The notes under the pieces are model-generated. The model was given only the letters and a program-made list of their open reading frames with translations. It searched no databases and was not told the DNA's origin. A DNA stretch of 44,529 nt, taken from the IMG/VR virus record IMGVR_UViG_3300022912_000003; one strand, written 5' to 3'. How positions within the stretch are numbered: the first letter of the stretch is position 1; each line of letters starts with the position of its first letter. Shown here piece by piece: positions 14,934-24,455 of this stretch. The position numbers were made by a program, and so were the translations under genes. The DNA comes from a virus.

Positions 14934-15557
14934 ATGAAGATATTAAACTTATACGCAGGTATAGGTGGTAACAGGTTGTTATGGGGAAACGGAATAGATG
15001 AAGTAACCGCAATTGAATATGACCAAGAGATAGCAAATGCATATAAAAGTGCGTTCCCATCTGATGAAGTATTAGTTTGTGATGCCCATGAGTTCTTACT
15101 TGACAACTACAGGGACTATGATTTTATATGGGCATCACCACCATGCCCAAGTCATTCAGATATAAGAAGATGTGGAGTCCACGCAGGACAGTATGGTGCT
15201 ATATATCCTGACATGGGGTTGTATCAGGAGATAATCTTACTACAGAACTTCGCACGTACAGATACAAGATGGGTTGTTGAGAATGTAAAGCCATACTATC
15301 CACCATTAATACCACCATCACATCATTTGCATAGACATTTATATTGGAGTAACTTTCATATTGATAACTTTAATGTCACTGATAGTAGAAAACATAACGA
15401 TATAGTTGGTTCTTCAACGGTTTATGGTTTTAATATTACAGATACACCAATAAGAAATAAAAGAAAGGTATTAAGAAACATGGTTGACCCTGAACTTGGC
15501 AACCATATATTTAATTGTGCTCTTGACAGTATAACAGAACAAGGAGAATTATTTTAA
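14934..15557 (+). CDS. C5-cytosine DNA methyltransferase-like protein, unusually short (207 aa)
   Basis: LNLYAGIGGN (motif I), WASPPCPSHS (PC motif IV), VVENV (motif VI), C-terminal ..LGNHI.. (motif X-like). Very little room for a target-recognition domain. Confidence 0.6.
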   Translation: MKILNLYAGIGGNRLLWGNGIDEVTAIEYDQEIANAYKSAFPSDEVLVCDAHEFLLDNYRDYDFIWASPPCPSHSDIRRCGVHAGQYGAIYPDMGLYQEIILLQNFARTDTRWVVENVKPYYPPLIPPSHHLHRHLYWSNFHIDNFNVTDSRKHNDIVGSSTVYGFNITDTPIRNKRKVLRNMVDPELGNHIFNCALDSITEQGELF

Positions 15558-15796
15558 TGGATATTGAAGAAATGATAAATGGTTGGAATACTAAGTATGA
15601 TGAGGGTTTTACACCTCAAGAGCTTGCAGATGTGGCTATTTCTTACGGTTTAGACCCCAAACTGCTTAGGGAGACCATAGGGGTGGTAACAGCGATGGTT
15701 AAGGACAATGTGATACTTACTTATCATTGTGACGTAATAGTTGCTGTACGGTGCTGTTTAGAAGGTCGAAAACCTCATTGGACTGAGTGGGATTAG
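15557..15796 (+). CDS. hypothetical protein (79 aa)
   Basis: TAATG overlap with the upstream stop. Confidence 0.55.
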   Translation: MDIEEMINGWNTKYDEGFTPQELADVAISYGLDPKLLRETIGVVTAMVKDNVILTYHCDVIVAVRCCLEGRKPHWTEWD

Positions 15797-15799
15797 AAT

Positions 15800-16030
15800 A
15801 TGAGTAATACACTATCATTAAGCGGAGAAACATATCACTATTTAGGTTGGACAATAGAAACCATGAGATTTATGGATGAAGATGACCATACTAATAGTCA
15901 TACTCGTGTTGTTGCATCAAATGGTGGTGACACGGTGTATAAGATTAGATGTGAAAATCACGGATTAGACAACATGGATTTAGCCAGAGCAATCTTTATT
16001 ATAAAGAAAGCAATAAGACGGGGTGTTTAA
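15800..16030 (+). CDS. hypothetical protein (76 aa), last gene of the + arm
   Basis: ORF with the stop TAA at 16028-16030 abutting the stop of the convergent minus-strand gene. Confidence 0.55.
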   Translation: MSNTLSLSGETYHYLGWTIETMRFMDEDDHTNSHTRVVASNGGDTVYKIRCENHGLDNMDLARAIFIIKKAIRRGV

Positions 16031-16975
16031 TTACCACGTCTCTATCATAGACATATTTATACTATAAAGGTTAGGAGCAACAGTAGTTCTCTTAATCTTA
16101 TTAGATGTCATCCTGTATAATGAGAATTCATCATCACCACTATTAGGTTGAAACAAGAATGAAATGAATTTACCACGCAATGCAGATAAGTGAGTAATCA
16201 AGTTACTCATGTCTGCACCAACAAAATCACTAAATGCCAGTGACCACGCCTGCCTGTCTTCGTATGTAAGATGGTCAGGCGTTTCAAAATTATTATATCT
16301 GTATTCGTAGAACTCACCTTCATTAACTATCTCAGTGCTTGACTCTATACTAAACTCTTCACTTGTAATGTCAGCACCATGAGGTAATTCATAATACTCG
16401 CCCCAATGTATCCCACCTATCTTAACCTTATCGCCTTCTTCCCAAGGTTGTTCAGCCACGTTCTTTACTATATCTATAAAGAGATATTCATAATATTGTG
16501 AATCATTAGTGAAGAAGGTTGTCACGATATTCTTTGTATCACTATCTGGATCAACAGAAACAAACCCACCGTAGCTACCGTTGAGTTGTAATTGATTTAC
16601 GTTTAACGGAGCACCAGATGAATATGTGTCACTACCAACATCTCTATTGGCAAATTTAAGCCTTATATTTACAGGGATTGTATCATCAAAATTGTGATTA
16701 GTTATTGATAAATGAAAGTTAGTGGGGAGATCAGCCACCTCAGTATAATTCGTCTTTACTATTAACCTTAGTATCTGTCTATTATCTATATTATAGTTGA
16801 ACTCAATCTGTGGGTGAGCTTTACCAGTAAATAGAGAAACGTATTCATCCCCATTGTTTCCAGTGCTATTAATAATTCTATATGATACACTGTTATCAAA
16901 ACCAAATGTATTAGGTACTACACCCTTATAATAATTGATCTGCCCTTGGTCTATAAATAATCTTGGAAAAGCCAT
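16031..16975 (-). CDS. distal tail / baseplate-associated structural protein (314 aa), last gene of the late arm
   Basis: Position after the tape measure and the 848-aa tail protein. Start overlaps the upstream stop. Confidence 0.45.
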   Translation of the reverse strand: MAFPRLFIDQGQINYYKGVVPNTFGFDNSVSYRIINSTGNNGDEYVSLFTGKAHPQIEFNYNIDNRQILRLIVKTNYTEVADLPTNFHLSITNHNFDDTIPVNIRLKFANRDVGSDTYSSGAPLNVNQLQLNGSYGGFVSVDPDSDTKNIVTTFFTNDSQYYEYLFIDIVKNVAEQPWEEGDKVKIGGIHWGEYYELPHGADITSEEFSIESSTEIVNEGEFYEYRYNNFETPDHLTYEDRQAWSLAFSDFVGADMSNLITHLSALRGKFISFLFQPNSGDDEFSLYRMTSNKIKRTTVAPNLYSINMSMIETW

Positions 16976-19521
16976 TATACTTTGTAACCTCTATTTAATT
17001 GTTCAACTGGTACATCTAATAGGTCTACGTCAGATTCCATCTTATTAACGAAATCAGTAAACCCAAGTGATGTTGACACTCTTTCTTTATTCTTATTCAA
17101 TGATCTACTAACTTTAAAGTAACCACTGTACTCTATCACTTGTCCATTCTTTACATTGGTGAATGTAATCTCATTACCTTTAGTGGTATAACTTACTTCT
17201 GACAATACCTTTATCCTACCAGTGTAGGTCATTGTCACTGACTCATCACTGCCAATATTGCTAAATAATATCCTGCCACCACCGTATGTAATACTACCAA
17301 CCCCAAAACTGCCAGACTGTATATCATCCTCTGGTACTTCTTCATCTGTAATCCCTATATTTAAATCATGTAATTGTAATAACTTCACATCAACACCCTT
17401 ATCATTCTTTTGTGTTTCCTCTACAATAAAGTATGGATAGATAGTTTGACCATTTCTTATATTCTCTACTGTATAATCCTCACTGTTAAATGTGATACCT
17501 TTGTAGAGACTATCAAACTTTATAATATCACCAGTCTTTATACCCATGTAACTTGGGGGCAACTTCACTGTAAATATTGAATGAAGGTTGCAATGAAACC
17601 CAAGCCTAAAGTTTCTAAGCATTAAAGCATTCTCGTTGTCTCTCAAGTAGTCAGCCTCAAATACAAGAGTCGTCTTGGAATCATCCTCGTTCAAACCAAG
17701 CAGATCATAGTCGTAACCATCAACTAACCCGTAGCTTGTTATATCTTTATAATTATCATTCAAGTAATCCATATTATATCTTACTGCTACTTTAGTATAT
17801 AGTTTAGCTATATCACTCCTCTTGGCAGTCATAGAAATGATTTCTTTACTCTTAATCGTAGTGGTCACATCATCATTAGAATAGGTATCTTTTATTCTTG
17901 ATATGTCAAATTGACCATCCTGATTCATGAATGGGAACACGTTTGTATTAGAAGCTATGCCCTCCAATAATTTCTTAGAATTAATTTCTTTAAATGAAGT
18001 AAAATTAACGTTATAGCTTGGTGATGGAATGAAGTCAAATGATGGTGCAAAATGGTCGAACCCAAGCTCTACAGATATGATGTCTTCCATAACATCTTCT
18101 ACGAAATTAGAGAATAATCCATTTGCCATTCTACGTCCAAACACTGCGGCAAATAACCTTTTATTTGTAAAGTTTGTCATGTTGTATACACTTGACAAAG
18201 TTGTGCTATCCAACCTTAATGAGCATCTCGCCGAGAAAGTATCATATATATTTCCACTGAGGTACAGCAGAAAGTATAAATTATTATAATCAATATTATC
18301 AGGGGCTAACATCATTGAATGGTCAAAGTCCACCTCTTCATCAAAGTTGAACCCAGAGATTTGTTCTATAGGGAAATATCCCGGCAGAGAAAAGGCAACC
18401 TCAAAGTTAGGGCTATAATCATCTATGGACTCAGCGTGCATATTACCTGAAAAGTTTGCGATTACTTTTATGTCCCCTGATATATCCTCTGGCGATTCAA
18501 AAATAAAGTTAATCCCATACCCCTCGGTATTCAGGCTACCTATACCTAAATGGATAAGGTCAACTTCATTTGCTATTCCATTTTCTCTAAAAGTTATATC
18601 TCTGGCAAGAAGAGCTTCTACATCCCCATCCTTTTTCAATGTTGTACTATTACTACCCCTAAAAAATAACACCTGTATATTATCATCAGTGAGTGGGTTA
18701 GAATCATCCTCGCCTATCAACTTAGGAGTGAAGACAATATGGTTCTCCCTCTCTTCATACTGCTCATCTATTGTATAACCATCAAGGTTGTAAGCTGTGT
18801 TTTTTAATATAGTCGCATATTTATCGCCGTTTTCAATAAATAGAAAATTAGTATCAGGGTTTTGATAACCAACAATATTGGTGTCGTGGGTAGCCACTCT
18901 TCCGTCTGCAATAACCTTGATCTCTCCATCTAATATCTCGTTTACAACATTGCGTTCATAAATAAATATAGGAGATTTATCAACATACCCGTATACCATA
19001 GGCATCGGCTTATTCTTATTCTTCTCAGGGACATTATCCCCACTGCCAGTCCAATGCTCTTCAAGTGGGAGGTCTCTGTGTAGTTCTCGCTCAGTCACAT
19101 TCTCAATAGTTAATGTAACACTCTTCTCACTCTCTACTACATCACGTATAACCCCACCGTATATTGTCATTGCCTCATCAATACCGGATGATTGAGACAG
19201 AAGTTTGACAGATACATTCTTGTTAAATACCTTGCCACCGTATAATTCACTAAAGCGTTTGCCATTCTTGAATGGGGCTGGCGTATTCACCATTGTCACT
19301 GTCATATTAGATATTTTAAACTTACTCTCAAAGTAATCTATCGATTCCTTGACTTTACTTACACTTTGTACAAGAGGGAGAGCTTGATCTATATTACCAT
19401 TACTAAATGACACATCAGCACCATCAACCCCTATACCACTGATAGTAATATAGTAGTTAAGGTGGAAGTTTCTTCCGAGTAAATCTCTTTCAAACTTACG
19501 TGTTTCGGTTTCAATTGGCAT
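16975..19521 (-). CDS. large distal tail protein (848 aa; tail tip/Dit-Tal-like position)
   Basis: Immediately downstream of the tape measure, with an ATG/stop overlap. Size and position typical of a siphovirus tail-tip protein. Confidence 0.55.
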   Translation of the reverse strand: MPIETETRKFERDLLGRNFHLNYYITISGIGVDGADVSFSNGNIDQALPLVQSVSKVKESIDYFESKFKISNMTVTMVNTPAPFKNGKRFSELYGGKVFNKNVSVKLLSQSSGIDEAMTIYGGVIRDVVESEKSVTLTIENVTERELHRDLPLEEHWTGSGDNVPEKNKNKPMPMVYGYVDKSPIFIYERNVVNEILDGEIKVIADGRVATHDTNIVGYQNPDTNFLFIENGDKYATILKNTAYNLDGYTIDEQYEERENHIVFTPKLIGEDDSNPLTDDNIQVLFFRGSNSTTLKKDGDVEALLARDITFRENGIANEVDLIHLGIGSLNTEGYGINFIFESPEDISGDIKVIANFSGNMHAESIDDYSPNFEVAFSLPGYFPIEQISGFNFDEEVDFDHSMMLAPDNIDYNNLYFLLYLSGNIYDTFSARCSLRLDSTTLSSVYNMTNFTNKRLFAAVFGRRMANGLFSNFVEDVMEDIISVELGFDHFAPSFDFIPSPSYNVNFTSFKEINSKKLLEGIASNTNVFPFMNQDGQFDISRIKDTYSNDDVTTTIKSKEIISMTAKRSDIAKLYTKVAVRYNMDYLNDNYKDITSYGLVDGYDYDLLGLNEDDSKTTLVFEADYLRDNENALMLRNFRLGFHCNLHSIFTVKLPPSYMGIKTGDIIKFDSLYKGITFNSEDYTVENIRNGQTIYPYFIVEETQKNDKGVDVKLLQLHDLNIGITDEEVPEDDIQSGSFGVGSITYGGGRILFSNIGSDESVTMTYTGRIKVLSEVSYTTKGNEITFTNVKNGQVIEYSGYFKVSRSLNKNKERVSTSLGFTDFVNKMESDVDLLDVPVEQLNRGYKV

Positions 19522-22463
19522 TAAGCTATCCCTATATCTGCACCACGTCTAATGGCACGTTTAATTTTTGGTATTGCATCGAACTCAATAAAGTCGTCAC
19601 TAAGCACATTACCACTGAATGTGATATGAACGTCACCTCCGCTCAAAGAACGGCTATCTGGTCTATCTATGGGCGTTATTCGTACATGTTCTCGCCCTTT
19701 CTCACCTACAGTTATGTTCTCAGCACCACTTGTAGTAAATTCACCACCCTTAGCAAACTTCTGTGGCTTAGGTTGAGCGAGTACAAGAGCTGTTGAGAAA
19801 GCCGCTTGCAATAGTGCCGCTTTATTTGCTGGGATGGCAAACAATGTGCCAGTTATAGCTGGATTCTTTGTAAGAGTCACAGCAAGATTCATAGCTATTT
19901 CGGCTATAGACATTGCTTGTTTGGCTTTATGTAGTTTAACCAGAGATTTGTATGCTTCATCTTTTATCTTTTGCTCTTCTGCTTTCTTTCTCTTATCAGA
20001 TGATCTTTGAAATGCCCCTGTCGCTCTTAAAGCATCGAGCTCTCTATTCATATTATTCTGAATAGATGCCTCTTTCCTTGCATGTACTTGGTCTATTATG
20101 GCGATTACTCCATCGCCCCATGTTTTGTATAACTCAAGGCTTTGCTCTAAAGTAGATTGTTCGTGAGTTAAGTCTATATTTCCCAACATACTTTTATGTA
20201 ACTTATCATTTGCATCTATTAATTTTTTTATCTCTGCCGGTCTAAGGTCAGCCTCAAGTTTTTCAATATCTCTTTTTGTATTTATCCATCGTATGTTTTC
20301 TTTTAATTGAGAGAGTATTCTTTTATCTGTGTTATTGTACAGGCTTAATTCTAATTGCTTGACAGATATCCCCTGCCTTATGGCATTAGCTTTATCTCTT
20401 TGTCCTTGTATAAACGAGGTTATATCTTTTTCTTCTGCGTCCTTAAACCTCTGATACATTATCTCGTACTGTTTTACAATCTCTGCTGGTGTTAACCCAG
20501 AGTCTTCAAGGGTCTTATTTAACTTTATTAATTTTAATCTATATTTTTCTGTGATGGCATCTGCACCAGAGAGACTGCCAAGCAGTGCTCTATCTAATGC
20601 AACTTGAAAATCTAATAGAGACTCGGCTGTGATGGCTAATTCCTCGTTTAATCTCTCCTGTTCTGCCCTCCACTCTTTAGTAAAGTCTTTTGCCTTAGCA
20701 GTAGTATTTATTATATCTATTAATCCATCACCATATCTATTGATCCATTTGACAGCCTGAACGAGCCCCTCAGCAAATATAATCCCTGATGCAACCCTAA
20801 AGGCTCTTGTTGCCTTTACTGCTGCCCATGTAGTGGCAGTGTATACTTTTAATCCCTCTTTTAAGACGGCTACTCTTATGGCTGCAATTTTTGTTGCTGC
20901 AGATAAGTACCCCATGGCGAGAACAAGAGACCCTATCGCAAGAGTGTACCCCTGTAGTCTATCGGTATCAATTATTGTGGTAGCAAACTTTGTAAGTAAC
21001 CTTGTAGTTGGAAGAAGGATGTCCCCAAGCTCTGTCATAGTGGTTATGAGATTCTCATTGAAAGACCTAAGTACATTTTCAAACTCTTCAAGAGTTCTTG
21101 CCCTATCACCTTGGGCTTTAGTAGTTGATTTAAGTATTAAATCCAACCTTAGTTGAATTTTCTGTTGTGCTGTGAGCTCACCATTAGTTAAGCGAATCCC
21201 TTGTCTTAGAGCCTCAGTCTTTAACATAGTATCAGTTATGATAATGTTATATTTCCTAATGGCTTCATGATTACCAACAAGGGCAGAGGTGAAGTTATTC
21301 ATCACCTGTGTATCAGTGACTCCGGGAAAGAAGGAAGCAACGTCTAATGATAATTGAACCATTGTCTTGGACATTGATATAGCTCTTTTTTCAGCAAATC
21401 CCATAGAATCAAATAATGAAAAGATGTTTGCTGTCATCTCAAAGGTTGAGTTTTTAGATATGTTCATGCTCTTGGCTAACTTAGTAGCCCAGACCTGCAT
21501 ACCCTTTGAATTATCCTCAAACAGAACATTCATTCTGTTTACAGTCTCATTAAATTCAGATGACTTTGTGATAAATTTAAATAAGGTTCTGGTCATTACT
21601 GTAACAGCAAATGATGCAAGTAATATTTTTGACCTTAGTGTGGCAAAGGCATTATTTAATAACCTGCTACTTCCAAGCCCAAGCACATTCGCTTTGTGTT
21701 GTTGAGCCATCTCTGTATTCAAACCCCTGACCTGTATTCGTAACTGCCTGTAAGCTACCTCGCTACCCTTCATGGCAGCCTTGACAAGTTTCTGATCTAT
21801 AGCTGTATTTTTTAATGTAGTGTTATGGACTTTTAATTGGACATTTAGTTCTCTAACCCTTGCACTATTTTTTAACCATTCAAGTCTTGCTTTCTTTGCT
21901 GCAATATTAGCTTTATTGGTTGTCGCTGTAGCTTCTTTGTCAGCCTGTATTTTTTCACGTATGCGTCTTTTATTTTCTTTTACAGCAAGAGTAAACTTAC
22001 TCATAGCAGCTTCGTTACCCTTTAAGGCTTTATTGTATCCTGTTAATGGAACAAGGGCTGCCCCAACACTCGCATTTAATGCCAGCATCTCAGCCTTCAT
22101 TTCACGAACTTTAATCGTTGCTTTCTTCTGGAGGGTAATCGCTTTTTCTTTTGTCGCCGCCGATCGTTTCTCTTTGATAAGAACAATATCCATAGCCCCG
22201 GCAAGCTCTTTCACATCATTTGTTAATGCTTCATTAGCTCTCCGGAGTAGTTCTGTAAATTTTTCAGCAGTAATATTTGCTTTAGTGAGTTCTTTGGTTT
22301 TTGTAAATTGTACAGCTAAGGCAACGGCAAGATTTTCTCCTGCCTTCTCTTGCTCTTTTGTTGTTATAATAAGAGGTCTAAAGACTGAGGCAAGCTCCTT
22401 AATATCTACCGTAAGAACCTTTATGTCTTTCCCGAAACTTAATACTGCATTATCACTTGGCAT
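19521..22463 (-). CDS. tail tape measure protein (980 aa)
   Basis: Long Ala/Lys/Glu/Leu-rich coiled-coil sequence with central hydrophobic segments (GYTLAIGSLVLAMGYLSAATKIAAI). Located after two small chaperone-sized genes. Confidence 0.85.
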   Translation of the reverse strand: MPSDNAVLSFGKDIKVLTVDIKELASVFRPLIITTKEQEKAGENLAVALAVQFTKTKELTKANITAEKFTELLRRANEALTNDVKELAGAMDIVLIKEKRSAATKEKAITLQKKATIKVREMKAEMLALNASVGAALVPLTGYNKALKGNEAAMSKFTLAVKENKRRIREKIQADKEATATTNKANIAAKKARLEWLKNSARVRELNVQLKVHNTTLKNTAIDQKLVKAAMKGSEVAYRQLRIQVRGLNTEMAQQHKANVLGLGSSRLLNNAFATLRSKILLASFAVTVMTRTLFKFITKSSEFNETVNRMNVLFEDNSKGMQVWATKLAKSMNISKNSTFEMTANIFSLFDSMGFAEKRAISMSKTMVQLSLDVASFFPGVTDTQVMNNFTSALVGNHEAIRKYNIIITDTMLKTEALRQGIRLTNGELTAQQKIQLRLDLILKSTTKAQGDRARTLEEFENVLRSFNENLITTMTELGDILLPTTRLLTKFATTIIDTDRLQGYTLAIGSLVLAMGYLSAATKIAAIRVAVLKEGLKVYTATTWAAVKATRAFRVASGIIFAEGLVQAVKWINRYGDGLIDIINTTAKAKDFTKEWRAEQERLNEELAITAESLLDFQVALDRALLGSLSGADAITEKYRLKLIKLNKTLEDSGLTPAEIVKQYEIMYQRFKDAEEKDITSFIQGQRDKANAIRQGISVKQLELSLYNNTDKRILSQLKENIRWINTKRDIEKLEADLRPAEIKKLIDANDKLHKSMLGNIDLTHEQSTLEQSLELYKTWGDGVIAIIDQVHARKEASIQNNMNRELDALRATGAFQRSSDKRKKAEEQKIKDEAYKSLVKLHKAKQAMSIAEIAMNLAVTLTKNPAITGTLFAIPANKAALLQAAFSTALVLAQPKPQKFAKGGEFTTSGAENITVGEKGREHVRITPIDRPDSRSLSGGDVHITFSGNVLSDDFIEFDAIPKIKRAIRRGADIGIA

Positions 22464-22800
22464 CTTTCATCGCTCTTTTCTCGGCAACTTGTGTTGCGTG
22501 CTTAATTATTTTATATGTGTCCAACCATCTATTCGGTTGTTCACCATACGATCCATTATAAGGACTTATTCCAAAGTCCATACAGTAGATATATCTACCT
22601 ATTTCCTTGTTAGCTTGCTCATCAAATACCACATTTGGGCAAGCAAAAAGGGGAAGCTGTGCTGACACAGCTAATGCTATATCAAAGTCTTCCCCCTTAG
22701 TTGTGTTTAACATCTTTGTTTCGTCTATTAAACTATCTATAACTTTCCATACATCTTTCTCGCCCTTGAACTCAACTCTTCTGTATTTACCATCAATCAT
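22453..22800 (-). CDS. tail assembly chaperone-position protein (115 aa)
   Basis: AGGAGG RBS. Overlaps the tape measure start by 11 nt. Confidence 0.45.
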   Translation of the reverse strand: MIDGKYRRVEFKGEKDVWKVIDSLIDETKMLNTTKGEDFDIALAVSAQLPLFACPNVVFDEQANKEIGRYIYCMDFGISPYNGSYGEQPNRWLDTYKIIKHATQVAEKRAMKDAK

Positions 22801-22880
22801 AATAGGAGGTGTTTCTGAATATGGAAACTCGTGATATTTACAATCGCCCCCACACCACTTTTGAGTGTGGTAGTTTAGTC

Positions 22881-23207
22881 CTAATGTGAGGGCTTCTCTT
22901 CCCCCACATTTTGGTAATCCCTAATGTGGTTAAGAAGTTCCATACCTTCGTCTTCACTTAACTGTGTTAGTACTGAATCAATTGGAAATCCATCAGACCC
23001 TAATTTAAAGCCTTTGAAATTTCCACCTACAATACCTCGCCTCAACCAAGCTGTCTTTGCTTTTGACAGTCCAGTTGTTGAGTAAGTATCATCATCATGG
23101 TATCTAATAACAACCATATCTTTACACAAGTCCATCTCATCAAGAGACATTTCCCTTATGTCAACACTTTTGCCAGTTGTTAGTTTTACAGTTTTCTTGT
23201 TCATCAC
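22881..23207 (-). CDS. tail assembly chaperone-position protein (108 aa)
   Basis: Directly downstream of the putative tail tube gene. Confidence 0.45.
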   Translation of the reverse strand: MMNKKTVKLTTGKSVDIREMSLDEMDLCKDMVVIRYHDDDTYSTTGLSKAKTAWLRRGIVGGNFKGFKLGSDGFPIDSVLTQLSEDEGMELLNHIRDYQNVGEEKPSH

Positions 23208-23218
23208 GTTCCTTTATT

Positions 23219-24271
23219 TTAAGTTACTATTACGTTAAGCAGTTCGGTTGATCCTGTTGCAGGGTCTACCATCTTTATTTCTGCTTTAATTTTCTGATAA
23301 TCACCGTCTTCATATTCTGCTGTTTCAATTATACCGAAAGGCATATTAAAACCAATTGCTGTTGCACTCGCCCAAGTAGCGTTGTTCGCTAAATATAAGG
23401 CTGTATTAGCCGGTGTTGCTCCACCAGTTGATACTGTGCCAACTCGTTGCTTTTGTATCCAATCTGATGTGTTAGCATCAAACTTAACAGTACACGTAGC
23501 CATAACATTCAAGTTAGGCATAGATCGTTCATAGGCTTCTGGAAGCCCATAGTCTCCGCCAACAACTTTATTACCAAGGAATGTTACAGGGTTCTCTACT
23601 AAGAACTCAAATGCATCAAGTATGACTTCGTCTTCCATAACAATCTTCTGTTCAGTAAAGTCACTCAAGTACAAGTAATTCCTTGTGAAAGGAGTTATTG
23701 TATAAGTAGCTGCTGCACTTGCAGTAGATGAGAATACATCTCGTGTCTTTAATGTAGCTTCAAATGTAAATCGTCCACCATCTTCATTGGAGTCCGCAAT
23801 CAATTTCAAGTTATCAATAACACAACCCTTCATCGTATAAGATGAATTAGGTGATGCCACCCCTTGGAATACAACTGTTAATGTGTTCTCTGCTCCACTT
23901 GCTGCTGCTCCCTGTAAAAAGTGTGCTGGTGCATGTTTCTCTGAAATCGAAACATCTACTGGTGCTGTTGAAGCTGCTACCCCAAGAGCATTTTGTACAA
24001 GTGGTAAGATATTAGCTGTAGTTAATACACCACTAATAGTAACCTCAGTAACCGCTCCCGGTGTATGTTCATATAGATCACCTGTATTCAAAACTCTACC
24101 GAGCGAACCAGACCTCTGTTCTCTAATTCTTAAATCTCCTATAGTGGGATACTTCACTGCGTCATCAACTTCAATTTCGATAACAGTCGTTACGGCTGTA
24201 CCCACTGTAGTCTCTTCTGCTATTCCTACTTGCCACTCTTTAGGATTAAATGCTGCTGTATTATAAGCCAT
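23219..24271 (-). CDS. major tail (tube) protein (350 aa)
   Basis: Gene order tube-chaperones-tape measure. Ala/Thr/Val-rich beta-type composition. AAAGGA RBS. Confidence 0.6.
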   Translation of the reverse strand: MAYNTAAFNPKEWQVGIAEETTVGTAVTTVIEIEVDDAVKYPTIGDLRIREQRSGSLGRVLNTGDLYEHTPGAVTEVTISGVLTTANILPLVQNALGVAASTAPVDVSISEKHAPAHFLQGAAASGAENTLTVVFQGVASPNSSYTMKGCVIDNLKLIADSNEDGGRFTFEATLKTRDVFSSTASAAATYTITPFTRNYLYLSDFTEQKIVMEDEVILDAFEFLVENPVTFLGNKVVGGDYGLPEAYERSMPNLNVMATCTVKFDANTSDWIQKQRVGTVSTGGATPANTALYLANNATWASATAIGFNMPFGIIETAEYEDGDYQKIKAEIKMVDPATGSTELLNVIVT

Positions 24272-24274
24272 CTC

Positions 24275-24454
24275 TTATCCTTTCTTTTCTTTACTGTTGC
24301 TTAGTTTCTTGACGGTAACATAACCGACAAGCTGAGTGGGTATCTTATCCACTTCTACTTCCTTGCCATTTAAAAGGGAGTGATACATCTTGCTATCCAA
24401 TCCACTTGTTCTGACATTCTTATCATTAAAATTTTCTATAAGTTTTATCTTCAT
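24275..24454 (-). CDS. hypothetical protein (59 aa), one residue below the track cutoff
   Basis: MKIKLIENFNDKNVRTSGLDSKMYHSLLNGKEVEVDKIPTQLVGYVTVKKLSNSKEKKG fills the gap between 24456 and 24271. GGAG-type RBS (cggagataac ATG). Confidence 0.5.
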   Translation of the reverse strand: MKIKLIENFNDKNVRTSGLDSKMYHSLLNGKEVEVDKIPTQLVGYVTVKKLSNSKEKKG

Positions 24455-24455
24455 G

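Noticed and set aside
21820-22665. 281-aa + strand ORF, together with 20833-21156 and 21367-21705, antisense to the tape measure gene
   Set aside because: It lies entirely inside the much longer, well-supported minus-strand tape measure ORF. The Ser/Phe/Leu-rich low-complexity translation is typical of the antisense of a Lys/Glu/Ala-rich coiled-coil gene. There is no RBS.
22453-23207. Programmed -1 frameshift between the two tail-chaperone-position genes
   Set aside because: The two ORFs are separated by an 80-nt gap with stops in all continuing frames. I found no slippery heptamer near the end of 22881-23207. The weak hairpin at 22849-22869 is not enough to support a frameshift.
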